Shown piece after piece: positions 41,736-55,400 of a DNA stretch of 64,000 nucleotides (positions within the stretch are counted from its first letter, which is position 1; every line of letters begins with the position of its first letter). The notes below the pieces were generated by a model that worked only from the letters and a program-made list of their open reading frames with translations, had not been told where the DNA came from and ran no database searches. Location: the NCBI RefSeq assembly GCF_000181795.1, contig NW_003526946.1, positions 361,668 through 425,667 on the forward strand. The letters run 5' to 3'. Source of the stretch: Trichinella spiralis. Lineage: Eukaryota. A program made the translations under genes and the position numbers.

Positions 41736-41909
41736 TATAATAAAGGCAGGGCACAATATTATATTTTGATAACTAACAATCAAGTTCCAATAATGACTGT
41801 AGTTATTCGCGCCTTATTCGTCCACGTGACGAATAAGCTTTCTCTGGTTCTTTGTTAATTGTGATAACTACTGCGTCCAAGCAAATATCGGTCCACACAA
41901 ATTTATTGT
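41736..41909 (-). repeat. Truncated 5' LTR of the BEL/Pao element
   Basis: Matches 36672-36842 with 4 substitutions and one 3-bp indel (counted by eye). Confidence 0.9.
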
Positions 41910-42310
41910 TATTCAATTATTCTTATCATTTATTGTGCAATTATTCTTATCAATGCACTCTCCATACGTATTTGTAATGCCATAAAATCATTTCTATCAA
42001 ATTCTGAAGAAAATAAAAGTAACAATTAATTAATAAGATAAAGGATTGAAATCTGTATAGCGGTATAAAAATAAAGGGAAAAATAAAAGACAAGGCTCAC
42101 TTTATGTTAACATTGCAGAACATCCAGCTATTAGTATGCAGTGCTTTCTTTTAAAAGAATTTGAAAACGTCAAACCTCTTTTCAACTACGACAAAACTTC
42201 ATTTAAGAAGAATTTGTTTAATAGAAGTCTTTTAATCAGAATTGCATAAATCATAAATGTTTTGAAATCAGAACTGTACAATGAAATTTGGAGCATTCTA
42301 CCTTAGTTAA

Positions 42311-43240
42311 CCCTTCGTAGGTCAAGTGGGGTACATTTTGTGCCCCAGAGCTGTTTTTGACAGATAACTCTGCCGTACTGCTTCATTTCATGCCAGATTT
42401 TTCTATAGCTAAATTTTATACAGTTCTACATGGCATGAATTTTTACAAGTGCATATAATTAGTAGATTGGTAATTAAAGCGGTTTTGCTGCTGGGGGTCC
42501 ATTTCGTTCCCCACCTAATCTTCGTGATCTGGACTTTTCACCAGTATTTGGAAATTAAGTCACACTGGAAATTAAATCACAGCCACTCCAAAAAATACCT
42601 GAAATCATCGATCATTACAACAAATCCAAATACGGAGTTAGCATTGCAGAACAGACGATTCGAGAGTATACATGCAGCAAGATAACTCGTCGATGGCCAC
42701 TCTGGTTGTTCATGAACATCTTTGACATTGTAGTACTGAATGCTAACATTATATGGACTTTCATCCATCCTAACTAAATGGAAACGAGGAATGACACGAA
42801 GCGGATTTTCTGCAGCAATTGGCGCCAGCATTATTTTGGGGTTTGGCACCCTGTTTGATTAATTTACTCTATATTATCCACAGAAACTTTATCCCAGAAT
42901 CCATAAAGCACACAAACATGGACTACATTCAAGAATGATCAATGTGGTAACCTCAGAGCATTTTACTGATTATTAGCATATGGATTATTTCAATAGAATC
43001 ATCATAAAAAGAGAAAGTGTTATATGTTTACATATGCAGACAGGTGCCCTGAATATGAACAGTAAACATGAAATAACAGTTTAAAAACGTCATAGATTAA
43101 AAAAATTGCTATGAAGATTGAGCATAAAAATTTATTGATAGATTTGGAATGAATAAGGCTAATTATTTTTATTTGAATCACGACACTGTTCCACACATCG
43201 TTTATCTACCTATGTAGACAGGTGCCCGCATAAGGACTAA
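42311..43240 (+). mobile_element. piggyBac transposon remnant
   Basis: TTAA|CCCTT left end at 42307-42315. Transposase fragment PEIIDHYNKSKYGVSIAEQTIREYTCSKITRRWPLWLFMNIFDIVVLNANIIW at ~42598-42756. The right end is uncertain. Confidence 0.75.
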
Positions 43241-43574
43241 CGATCTTGATATAATCCAAAAATTTTATTCTGAAACTGCACTTATTACATGTTTTTGATA
43301 TTTAACCTTGAACTAAAAAATAGCTAAAAAATATGCTTCCAGTTTCTATCACGATGGCTTGAATTTCTACTGGAAAGTACAAATCAGAGAAAATTAATTA
43401 TTAAAGTTTATAATTTTATTAAAGAAACAATATTATTTTCGAATACAATCAACTGTTAACATTATTCAAAGATGAAGATAATCTAATGTGTCATAGGGAA
43501 ATACAATACATAAAATTAATATAAAAATGTTAGTGAATAAGCGGATGAGTAGTATAAAATAATGATGATGGTGG

Positions 43575-44072
43575 TTATTCTGTGGTCATTTCTACAGCAG
43601 TAGTACAGCCAGATATGAACTGACTGTAGCGAGATTGAAAGAACTTCTCATACAATATTTCAGCTCCAAGACAACTCGGCATAGATAGTGAAAGAAAGAA
43701 AACGCATTTCGGTAACCAATAGATTGCAATAAACAGAAGATTGTAACCAGCAAATAAATCAAAAATTGTAAACAAACCAAAAATAACCCAATAAAACATC
43801 CACTGCTTGCATTTGCTTTTCTCAATAGATTCCATCTCTGCTAAAGTTTTCATTACTGGATAGACAATGCAAATCAAGTCGCACAACAATTTTACAGCGG
43901 GGTTGTATACAGCCAACAGCATACAAATCACACCAGCCAGCACAATCGCAGCTTGATAACGACTTCGGCCGCTTACTTGTTCAATTTTACCAAAAAGTTT
44001 GCCAACTAATGCGCTGTCATCATTGATGGCATTGACAACATCCCTGCAAATACCATGAGGAACTTTTTCCAT
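43575..44072 (-). CDS. REEP5/DP1/Yop1 (TB2/DP1/HVA22 family) ER-shaping protein, intronless and divergent
   Basis: Motifs LLCDLICIVYPVMKT..E, KQWMFYWVIFGLFTIFD, YWLPKCVFFLSL.MP..LGAEILY. An alternative in-frame ATG lies at 44102. Confidence 0.85.
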   Translation of the reverse strand: MEKVPHGICRDVVNAINDDSALVGKLFGKIEQVSGRSRYQAAIVLAGVICMLLAVYNPAVKLLCDLICIVYPVMKTLAEMESIEKSKCKQWMFYWVIFGLFTIFDLFAGYNLLFIAIYWLPKCVFFLSLSMPSCLGAEILYEKFFQSRYSQFISGCTTAVEMTTE

Positions 44073-45210
44073 TTTCAAGCAATCGAAAAAGCAACCGTTC
44101 ATTTGGAGCAACACGAACAAACTAATTTTCAAGCATTAAGCCATCTGTATACTTATTTGAAACTTTAAAATAAGCAGACTACAATTTTGAAATTGTTTAA
44201 ATTTAAACAAAACTTTCAACACATGAGTTTAAAGCATTAAAACAGTTAAGATATATGATTATATGATTATATGGCCTTGACAGTTATTGATTTGAAAAAT
44301 GTGAAAATCAAGAAATAGAAATTATATAGTATACAATCCATAAGCAGTGAAAAACCTATTCTTTAAATTGATAACTTTCAAAAAATTTTTCATCCAAATC
44401 TGAAATTACAAAAAATCATAAAGCTGAAAATGTTTGTAACTGTATAACAAGCACTGTGTAAAAACATAAGGAAGAGGAACGCATATTTTGAATAAAAATT
44501 TCTTAAAATAACATAAATTTTATATTTTATGCCACACATATAAATATATATTTATATTTATGTCAGAAAATTATAAGAAATTAGTTTTGGCGAATGAATA
44601 AAAGCTCTTTTAGAACTGCTAAGCAGCAGATGCCTTAAGTTTGAACAAACCTTTTTGTGCCTTTAAGATTGAATCAGTGATTTGTTTATCTTTGTTTTAA
44701 CTACATTCATTTCTTTGATGCACTCATATATATATAATTGTGATGCCAAATGCACTGCTGTCTTTGCTTTTTATAATACGAGTTTATTAGTTTTAGGGTC
44801 TGGTATATTAAGAACAGCACAACTTTTTTTGCTTTTGTTAGTATATATTCGGCAAACAAATACATATTCGAGCAAATCAGTGAGCAAGACACTGCCATTA
44901 AATGATTCGCAAACTATATTCAATTTGAAATGTGATGCGGTACCTTTGAGAAAAACTAGCTCTGCGCTGCACAATATTAACATTTTTTTCAATATAATTT
45001 CAAATATAACTATGTTGAAAATGCTGAAAAATGTAATTTAAATTTTTTAATTTATTACATTGCGATAATATCAAGCGCTCATTGAATATACTTTTCAACT
45101 TTTATGTACCTGCGTATTATTGTCACTTACTGTAATTATCTTAAATTGTGTTTTTTTTAATTTGTTAATTTTTAAATTCTGGAATTGATACGCATTGTTT
45201 TACAGCATAA

Positions 45211-46550
45211 ATGAACCTGAAGATTAAAAACATGTTTCACATTTTAAGTTTTCTTTGTTCTGCAACTTTTATTTTGGTAAATTGAATTGTCAATTTTAAA
45301 GGGTAGAAAAATGATAATATTCGTTGAATTAGGTAATTCTGTTTACTATATTGTCACGAAGAAGTGAAAATGTGCACTTGTTTTTGTGCAAGGAATATTT
45401 GCATTATCCTACATTGCGATATCATCATCCTGTGAATGCATCTCTTGTAGGTTTGGCATTTCAGGCGAATACTTTGGAAATTTTGAAAAAGATGTTTTGC
45501 CACGAATCAAATCTCTACTCTGTTAAATCATTCAATTCTTTAAATACTGAACATATTCCATTCGTAACAGCTGCAAATGATGTTTATTTTCAAAACGTAT
45601 TGGTTACAATTCGTTCTGTTCAAATGCATTTTCCATATGCAAGAATAGTTTTATATGATTTGGGATTAGAAAGAAATCAAAGCGAATACGCATCAAAGTT
45701 ATGCAATGTGAAGGTCATGAAATTTCCATTTGATGAATTTCCTGAATTTGTTAGCACATTGTCAGAATTCCGTTGGAAACCTATTATTTTGATGGTATAT
45801 TTTTATTTTTTATATTATCTTTTAAAGTAATCATTTCAGTTATCTTTGATGGAATACGGAACACTTTGGTATTTGGATTCCAGTATAATGTTAACTTCGT
45901 CAAATTTATTACCAGTGTATAATTTGATCAACCAATTACATCCAGTAGTTGTTTTGTTGCAGTTGACTTTTGATAATTAAGTTTAATTTTGCAGAACAAA
46001 GCTGACACAAACGGAAAATGCTCTCTTTTGTTTCATAGTAGTAGTGGTCATGGTATCTTCAGCGCGACAAATCCAAGTAAAATTATTTTTAAAAAGTATG
46101 CGCAAATTGTTGTAATCGTTTAATGCTTTCCATATGTTGCAGAGATGTATGATTACTTTCCTACCAATTTGGAAAAACTGAAAAATACTGAAATGTTTGA
46201 ATCAGGAATAATTTTTGTTTCATATTCAGAAGAAGTTTATTCTGTTCTTTTTTGGTGGGAAGATTTTATCGTATGTTGTAAAGGTAAATTTGTTGAATCA
46301 TTTCAGGATGGTAGCTTGCGCCATTGAAGGGCCCTGCATGGCTCCACCGGATTCGAACTCGTTTTGTCAATTTGGAAGAAATCGGTATCGCAATTATGCA
46401 TTTTGTCACAGATACGACCAGTCTGCGTTTAACTTACTTCTTGCAAATCTTTTGCATTACAAAAGTGACCGCTGGTCTAGTGGTATGTCGTATTTTTATC
46501 TTGTTAGACGAAACCAAAGAGATGAAACAAATTTTCCAGTGATGTGCTGA
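45211..46550 (+). CDS. DUF1647-family type II membrane protein (glycosyltransferase-like)
   Basis: N-terminal anchor (MFHILSFLCSATFIL|VILFTIL). Motifs FVTAAND.YF, IVLYDLGL, FRWKPIIL, WYLDSSI, MYDYFP and CHRYDQSAFNLLL across ~6 exons. Confidence 0.85.
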
Positions 46551-47710
46551 TACTGTTCTCCAGTTTGCCGTACATTTTTGTTTTATGAATACAGTGCTTT
46601 TCATTATTTGAATGCTTTGTTGCAGACATGCATTTGAGAACACTGTTATTGTACAAAGTGATTATTATGCTGAAGAGAACTTGTTTAATGATAAAGATAT
46701 CTTGTAAACTTTTATTATCATTTTATTGTCAATGTTGAGTATCCATTTTCAATTTTATTAATACCTTTTATTGCAAAACTGATATGCAACACATCACTTG
46801 TAGTGAACACACCGGCTATTTTTTTTCTACAAAATGAACTTTATTATTTTTTAAATATAGCCTGCATGGTCCAATTGTTGGAATATAACATTCCAAGCTC
46901 ATGAATTGGGTTTTTACGAAATCAGTAGTTTCTGAAATGAAACAAAAAAAATATTTTGTATTTTTTTGTAAATCGTTTGATGCGATATGTGTAATATTGA
47001 GTAATTTGAATGATTAAATGTAAAATGAGTTTAAAATGTCCACTATTGTATGAATATAAAGCATTGGTCAAGAATTTACTCTTACTGACCGCATTCTTCT
47101 TCACATCGGTTAAATTTGTATTTTTAAAATTTTTATTAATGACACTGATAACAGCGCATTAATTAAAAAGTATCCGTACTATGATTTGTTTGATGTTACT
47201 ATGTAAGCCCATCTTTAAAATGTCGCAACAGCTCAATTTTCTGCAATAGCTTCAGCTTTGCTTCTGCAGACAAGCTGTCAGTCGATTACTGCGTCGATGA
47301 AAGTGAAATAAATAACAGATGCTGAAGTCAAAGAAAGTGATTTCACATGTATGGAAATTTTTGCATTAAAAATTCAATTGAACTTTGTTTCTAAGATTTT
47401 TTGTTTATTTATTAATGAAAAATGTCCGAGTTTATGATAAAATAATTCAACAGCAGCACTTCAAACTCAACTATTGATGTATATATATATTACAGATGGT
47501 AGGTATTAATTTGTACTATTTTACATTTTGATTCTACTTTATTTTTTCAATAGAAAAATAGTAATGTATTATGGTATGATGTATGGATTTCAAATGTATA
47601 ATCGTAGTGTTTGAATTATGCTATTTCAGATTTACACCACCAGTTCCAAAGGCCAAATAGGATAGTATAATAGAAGTTAGTAGTAATTAATAATGGATTG
47701 AAATTCGAAT

Positions 47711-49366
47711 TCACCATTCTCCAGTTCTGCTCAGAAAGATCACTTGGAACGGTTTCGGGTGTAGTGCCAGCGTGCAGATGTAATTGTTCAAATCCAATTT
47801 GTTCAATGCATCTTCTTGGATGATGCAACGTTGGATCAAAGAGGCAAAGAAAATGAAAATTTCAAATCGAGCCACGAGCTCACCTCCACACCTTCGGCGT
47901 CCCAAACTGTACGGCATGATCAAGTCGGCTTTGGTTGGGTCCAGTGATCCGTCTTCGCGCAAAAATCGTCCCGGATCGAATTCATCGACGCGGTCGAAAA
48001 CTGTTCTGTCTCGGTGAGCTGAATATAAATTGAAAAGCACCGGCGTGCCTTCGGCTATCTCGTAGCCGCATAATTGACAATCTTTTGTCGCTTTGTGCAC
48101 AATTGCCAACGGTGATATGGACGAATAACGGTAAACTTCGCACAAGGTGGCCATGGTCAGCGGCAATTTGCCACGGTCAGACCAGACCAACTGGTGATGG
48201 TGAGGATCACCAATTTGGTCGTCCAATTCTTGGCGAACACGACCCTGCCACTGGGGATACTTTGCCATCAGCATGATGGCCCACTGCAACGTCAACGCTA
48301 TGGTACCGAAACCGGCGCCGAACAAACTGCCACTCAAGCCTTTCAACATATCCCGATCGTATTCTTTGCCATCATCATCACCGTCTTCTTCTTGGGTTGT
48401 GGAAATTTTGTAAAAAAAATCCGTAACATCTCGCAAATTTTCTTGATCATAAGTTCTGACGTGTTGTTCAGTCAGTTGATCCGAATAAGCGCGAATTCGA
48501 CGCAACAAATCGACAAATTTCGCCACTTGCTTCCTCACAAGCCAACTCGCCCAAGGTATGTAATCGCACAGTACACCGAAACGAGCGGTCCGTGCAAATT
48601 CATCGGCCGTTTCCAATATTCGACCAACTTCGGCCGAATCTTTGTCAAAATGCTGACCATAACACACGTAGCCCATGATTGTGCACACGGCACGGTAAAG
48701 CGGCTTCTTGGGATCCACGGGCTTGCCGGCGGCGTGTTTCAGTTCGGCCATCAGGAAGCCGACCGCTTTTGCCGCCACGCTTTCCAATTCGGCTCTTCTC
48801 CTGTTAGTGAACATTGACATAGCTTTCAATATCAGCTTCTTTCTTCGCTCTAAACGGAATTGAAAACTGAAAACTTTTCTTCTGTCGTCTATTTTCCATA
48901 ATATTTCATACAATCAGATGGTATTCAAAGCACACGAATGACATATTTCATCAGGTTGAATTGAATTTTAAAATTTTTTCTTAAAAATTGAATAATTTAA
49001 AATACAACTAAAGCACACTTATTATTAACTGTAAGCTGGTGAAAAGTCGTCGAATCCAGAAACCAGGCGGAAGGTGAAAAAGTCGGGCCGTCCGGCGAAG
49101 TGGTCATTGGTGGCCAACGCCCCCCGAATCGCTCGCTGACCGTTGACAACGACCAACTGTCGACTACCAACGCGAATACTGTACACGTCGCCGTACTGTT
49201 CCCAGAGCCTGGTCAGGGTGAGGTTCATTTTCGAGCCCAGCCAAGGCATGTAGCCGACTATTGGCAAGCCGAACGGTCCAGGCGGTGATTTGCCACCGCC
49301 CCGGCATGTCCACCACAGTAATGAAAATCCGATCACAAGAATGCAAATCACAACGGCCAAGCTCAT
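47711..49366 (-). CDS. Cytochrome P450, clan 2 (CYP1/CYP307-like)
   Basis: Exons 49030-49366 and 47711-48849. N-terminal anchor, PPGPFGLPIVG, FAGRPDF, I-helix FGAGFGT, EVYR (ExxR), FDPGRF (PERF-like) and heme motif PYSLGRRRCGG. Confidence 0.93.
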
Positions 49367-49376
49367 CCTAATGTTG

Positions 49377-49398
49377 GTGTGTGTGTGTGTGTGTGTGT
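49377..49398. repeat. (GT/CA)n microsatellite in the CYP 5' UTR
   Basis: TG run directly upstream of the CYP ATG. Confidence 0.85.
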
Positions 49399-49450
49399 GA
49401 ATGCTTTCCACTACTAATGAACAAACTTTCACACAGAGCAAACGCAACGC

Positions 49451-49456
49451 CTGAAA
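49451..49456 (-). promoter_or_regulatory. Candidate trans-splice (or UTR-intron) acceptor TTTCAG upstream of the CYP ATG
   Basis: Minus strand reads TTACTTTCAG, ~85 nt before the ATG. Confidence 0.4.
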
Positions 49457-50203
49457 GTAAACAATTTAATGCACATGCTTATCGTACAGATGATAAACAA
49501 AATAAACAAGCGACAAATTTGCATTGAAAATTGCATATCGTATATTTTTTTTATCCAAAGTAGAAAAAAATTTTTTAATCACATCATTTTTCTATAGTGA
49601 TTTATCTCTAGTTGACAAAATTATAATTAATAAATGAAAAAAATATCATCAGTATTGTCGACCAGGTTAATGTTCAAAAAATTCCATTCCACCTTGAGTA
49701 AATAACGTACGTTGTTTACTAGTGCTGTTTGAAAAATGCAAAATAATATGCTAACGATTGTATTTTTTATAAAATAAACGTCACTGTTATTGTGGTAAAC
49801 ATAAAAAATGCAAAGAAATAAATACATACTATAGCTCTGTATATATATATATACATATATCTATATATGTATGCGCGTGTGTATTCACTTGAAAATATGA
49901 AATAATAATATTCGACAATGTCAAAATAAAATATAACATATACGTGGAAACTTGTACATAAAACATACAGAGAGGCCATAAAATGATTTTAAAAAAATAC
50001 AAGTCGTATTAAAAACACTTATACAAATAAAAATGAATAAAACGTTGAAAAAGCATACATCACAGACATACACACACACACACGCACACAAACATGAGTA
50101 GGAGATGCGCCTTGGTTGAAGAGCAATAAGTGAGTTTAAAAAGAGGATAAAATAAGAAGAAAAAGAAAAAGAAGAATAACAAACAAGGGAAAAGTAGAAG
50201 TTT

Positions 50204-52410
<2,207 letters not shown>

Positions 52411-55400
52411 TCACTGCCCACTGTTCTACTCTCCAGTAAAAACTTTTCTTCTCTCTAACAATGATAATAATAATAATTGTTAATTGTTATTATTAATAAA
52501 TAGTAATAATTGTGACGCGATCAATGGAGGGGGAAACATTCAGTTGAACAAATACTCGAATGAGAAGAATCAAACGAACGAAAATATAGATGATGATGAT
52601 GATCATCATCATCATCATTATTTTCGATGAACGACAACGATCACTGGCAATTTATCGTCATTATTGTTGGCAAATTTCCAATGCGGAATCACAAACTTGG
52701 CACCTTGACCAAAGATCCGCCACACCCTGAACAACGACAACGACAATGCTTTGACTTATGTGAACGTAATTCAATCTTGGATTATGATGTTGAAAATTCA
52801 AAAAAGCTCACTGGTTCAGCAAAGATTATTTAATAAAAGAAATAAACAGAATAAGTACTGTAAGATGATGAAAGAAAATAAATTCCATCGTTTTCACACG
52901 TGAATCCAACTATTGGTTGAAAGTGTATCCTTTTTTTCTTTGAAGATGAACTTTTTCTTCGCTATACTTGCTCTTCCAACAATGCCAAAAAAGTGTGAAG
53001 CGTATTCGATTAATATTGAAATTTCAACAGCTAAACAGAACATTACACAACGCACACACACAAACATACTCTCTCTGGCCTGCTTGAAATGGAAGCAACG
53101 CAACATGCAAATTTATTCTGTTGAAATTAATTTCAAACTTACTGTACAATTGTTGAATTGAATTGAATTGAATTGAATTTGAAATGAAAAGGTGAAAAAA
53201 AGCTACAACTATTCACATTTTCAAAAGAAAGAACAGACGACCTGAATGAATGGAATTCAAAAAGTCGACGTATCAAAAAATTTGGGTAAACAAAAGAATT
53301 GCAATTCAAATTGATGCAGCATAGTAAATAAATAAATAAACAAACAAATTATAAATTGAAATGTTCACGTCAGAAATTTCATTAGAAAATGGGGGGAAAA
53401 ACTGAAAAATTGCAAATCCGCCGCAATTCAATGAACAAAAAGACAATTTATATTCCACCGCTTCTTTCATTCATTTTCGAATCTGCTGCTGTGTTTTCAA
53501 AAGAGCGTCCATTTGGAAAAAGAATAATAAAATTAACAAATTCAATGCAACAAAAAAATGATACAGCAAACGCAAGCAAAATGAACATTCCAATGAGTGA
53601 ATGAATGAAGGAAGAAAAAGCGAAAACGGCTTTCGAAATAGTAACGTCGAAATGATGATGTATCAATAAAATGAGAGAAATGATAATTTCAAACGAAACA
53701 AACATACGAAAAACAAGTAATTTTTTAAGCAATCATTGTCAAAATGAATTGGGTTTGCATAAAATTCAATTATTAATAATTAATCATGTGGTAATATAAT
53801 CACTTGAATCGAAATCAAATGTTTTACTTGCAATGATTTATTTTGTAATTTTTCCAATCCAAAAAACCACGTTTCACAGCAAAACGTTCAAACTTGCAAT
53901 TGTTTTCACTTTCGAAAATTCAGCGCGTCAAATTCTCCTCTCTCTCAACTCTCTCCTCATTCAAGACAAAACGCCATTCAAACGTTCCAAATTGAATCAA
54001 TACATTCAAAAAGAAAGAAAGGCGCTGTAAAACTTGCTAATTTCAAATTCGAATCATCATTCATTTCTCAACGTTCCAGGGAACAAATATACATATTCAT
54101 AATTTCATTGCAAATTATATACATATATATATACTTCTTTTCCTAAATTTTTGTAAACAATATATATATATATGTATATGTATATGTATATCTGTTCGAT
54201 TTTTGCTTCTCTTCGAAAGCCTACAACAATAATATATCATTCTAATATAGCAGCATTTGCAAGACAAATTATTCCATTTACAACAATGAAAAAACTAATC
54301 TTATACGTGTAAAACGAAATTAAAACCTTTCAAAATTACATTCGACCTTGTCACACAATTTGCAAATAGTGTAAATGTTGTTATTTAAAAACAACAAAAC
54401 AACCCCGTACCGTAAGGAACAGAATTCCACATTTCAATTAACCATGCAACACATGCATGCTGCTAGCATAACGAAAACGATGCAAAAATAAATTTTTCAA
54501 ACATTTTAACAAAAATTAGTACAAAACAAATCAATTTACTGGAAAAAACCTGCTTTAATCAATTAAAATCCTGTTTTACATTCAAAAAATGTATATACGC
54601 ATACAGTAGAGAAAATATTATTACAATTATAAAACATAAAAACGGATAAAAGAAAAGCCATGCATAGAGACTTAACTGCAGAGTTAATTTAAAATATTAT
54701 TCACATCTAAACCAAAGTTCATTCCCATTTACATTTCATATATTGGTAACACGATTAATCTCCACATACCAAATAAGTAATTAACAATATTATTAAAACA
54801 AATCTACACTTTCTATTTCAATCATTTTCTACTAATCTTTAATATCAAAGTATTGAAACTGCTCTTCAAAAAATAACACAACTTTCACTATTAAAACAAA
54901 TATTTCTACCTTATTCCAAATGTCTCTCTAATTTACTTGCATACTAAATCTTTACAAAATAAAAGTCATAAAAGAACATTCATAACAATATTTATAAAAA
55001 ACATATTTCTTTAAAATTATTAATTGGCTTTAAGTTATTCAATTAAAAATTTTAAAAAAACACACAAAACTGCATGTGTCCTTTTTAACTATTGCATATT
55101 CTGAACGCAGTTTTGTCAATGATAAAAATCTTTTAATCAAATATTTTATAGCAATCATTAAATAATACATAAAATTAAACTACATAGCAAGAAACAGTAA
55201 CAAAAATGTAGCACAAAAATATCACTAAAATACAAATCAATCGTAATAAACTTTATATTACCTTAAATTGTCAAGCAATAATTGCATTCTTAATTATAAA
55301 GGTGTGAAACCTAAATGTGAGATTATTTCATACAAAAAATGACCAATTAAAAAATAGTAAAGCTCTTTCAGGAGTTAACGATGCAAAAAATATAACGTTT

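Larger units (their letters stand above)
36672..41909 (-). mobile_element. Defective BEL/Pao LTR retrotransposon
   Basis: Gag (DUF1759-like EKFNYLRSLLSG, plus a Cys/His knuckle), protease LFDSDSQRSF, RT (YLPHH, ADISKMF, FGLTCSPF, YVDD), Pao RNase H (LHAFGDAS, AKSRVAPLK, WTDS) and a DUF5641-like tail. Frameshifts and stops are present. LTR copies lie at both ends. Confidence 0.95.

Noticed and set aside
48194..48817. 207-aa plus-strand ORF, and similar antisense ORFs over CtBP, the WD40 gene and BEL pol
   Set aside because: These are shadow ORFs opposite real, GC-richer coding exons.
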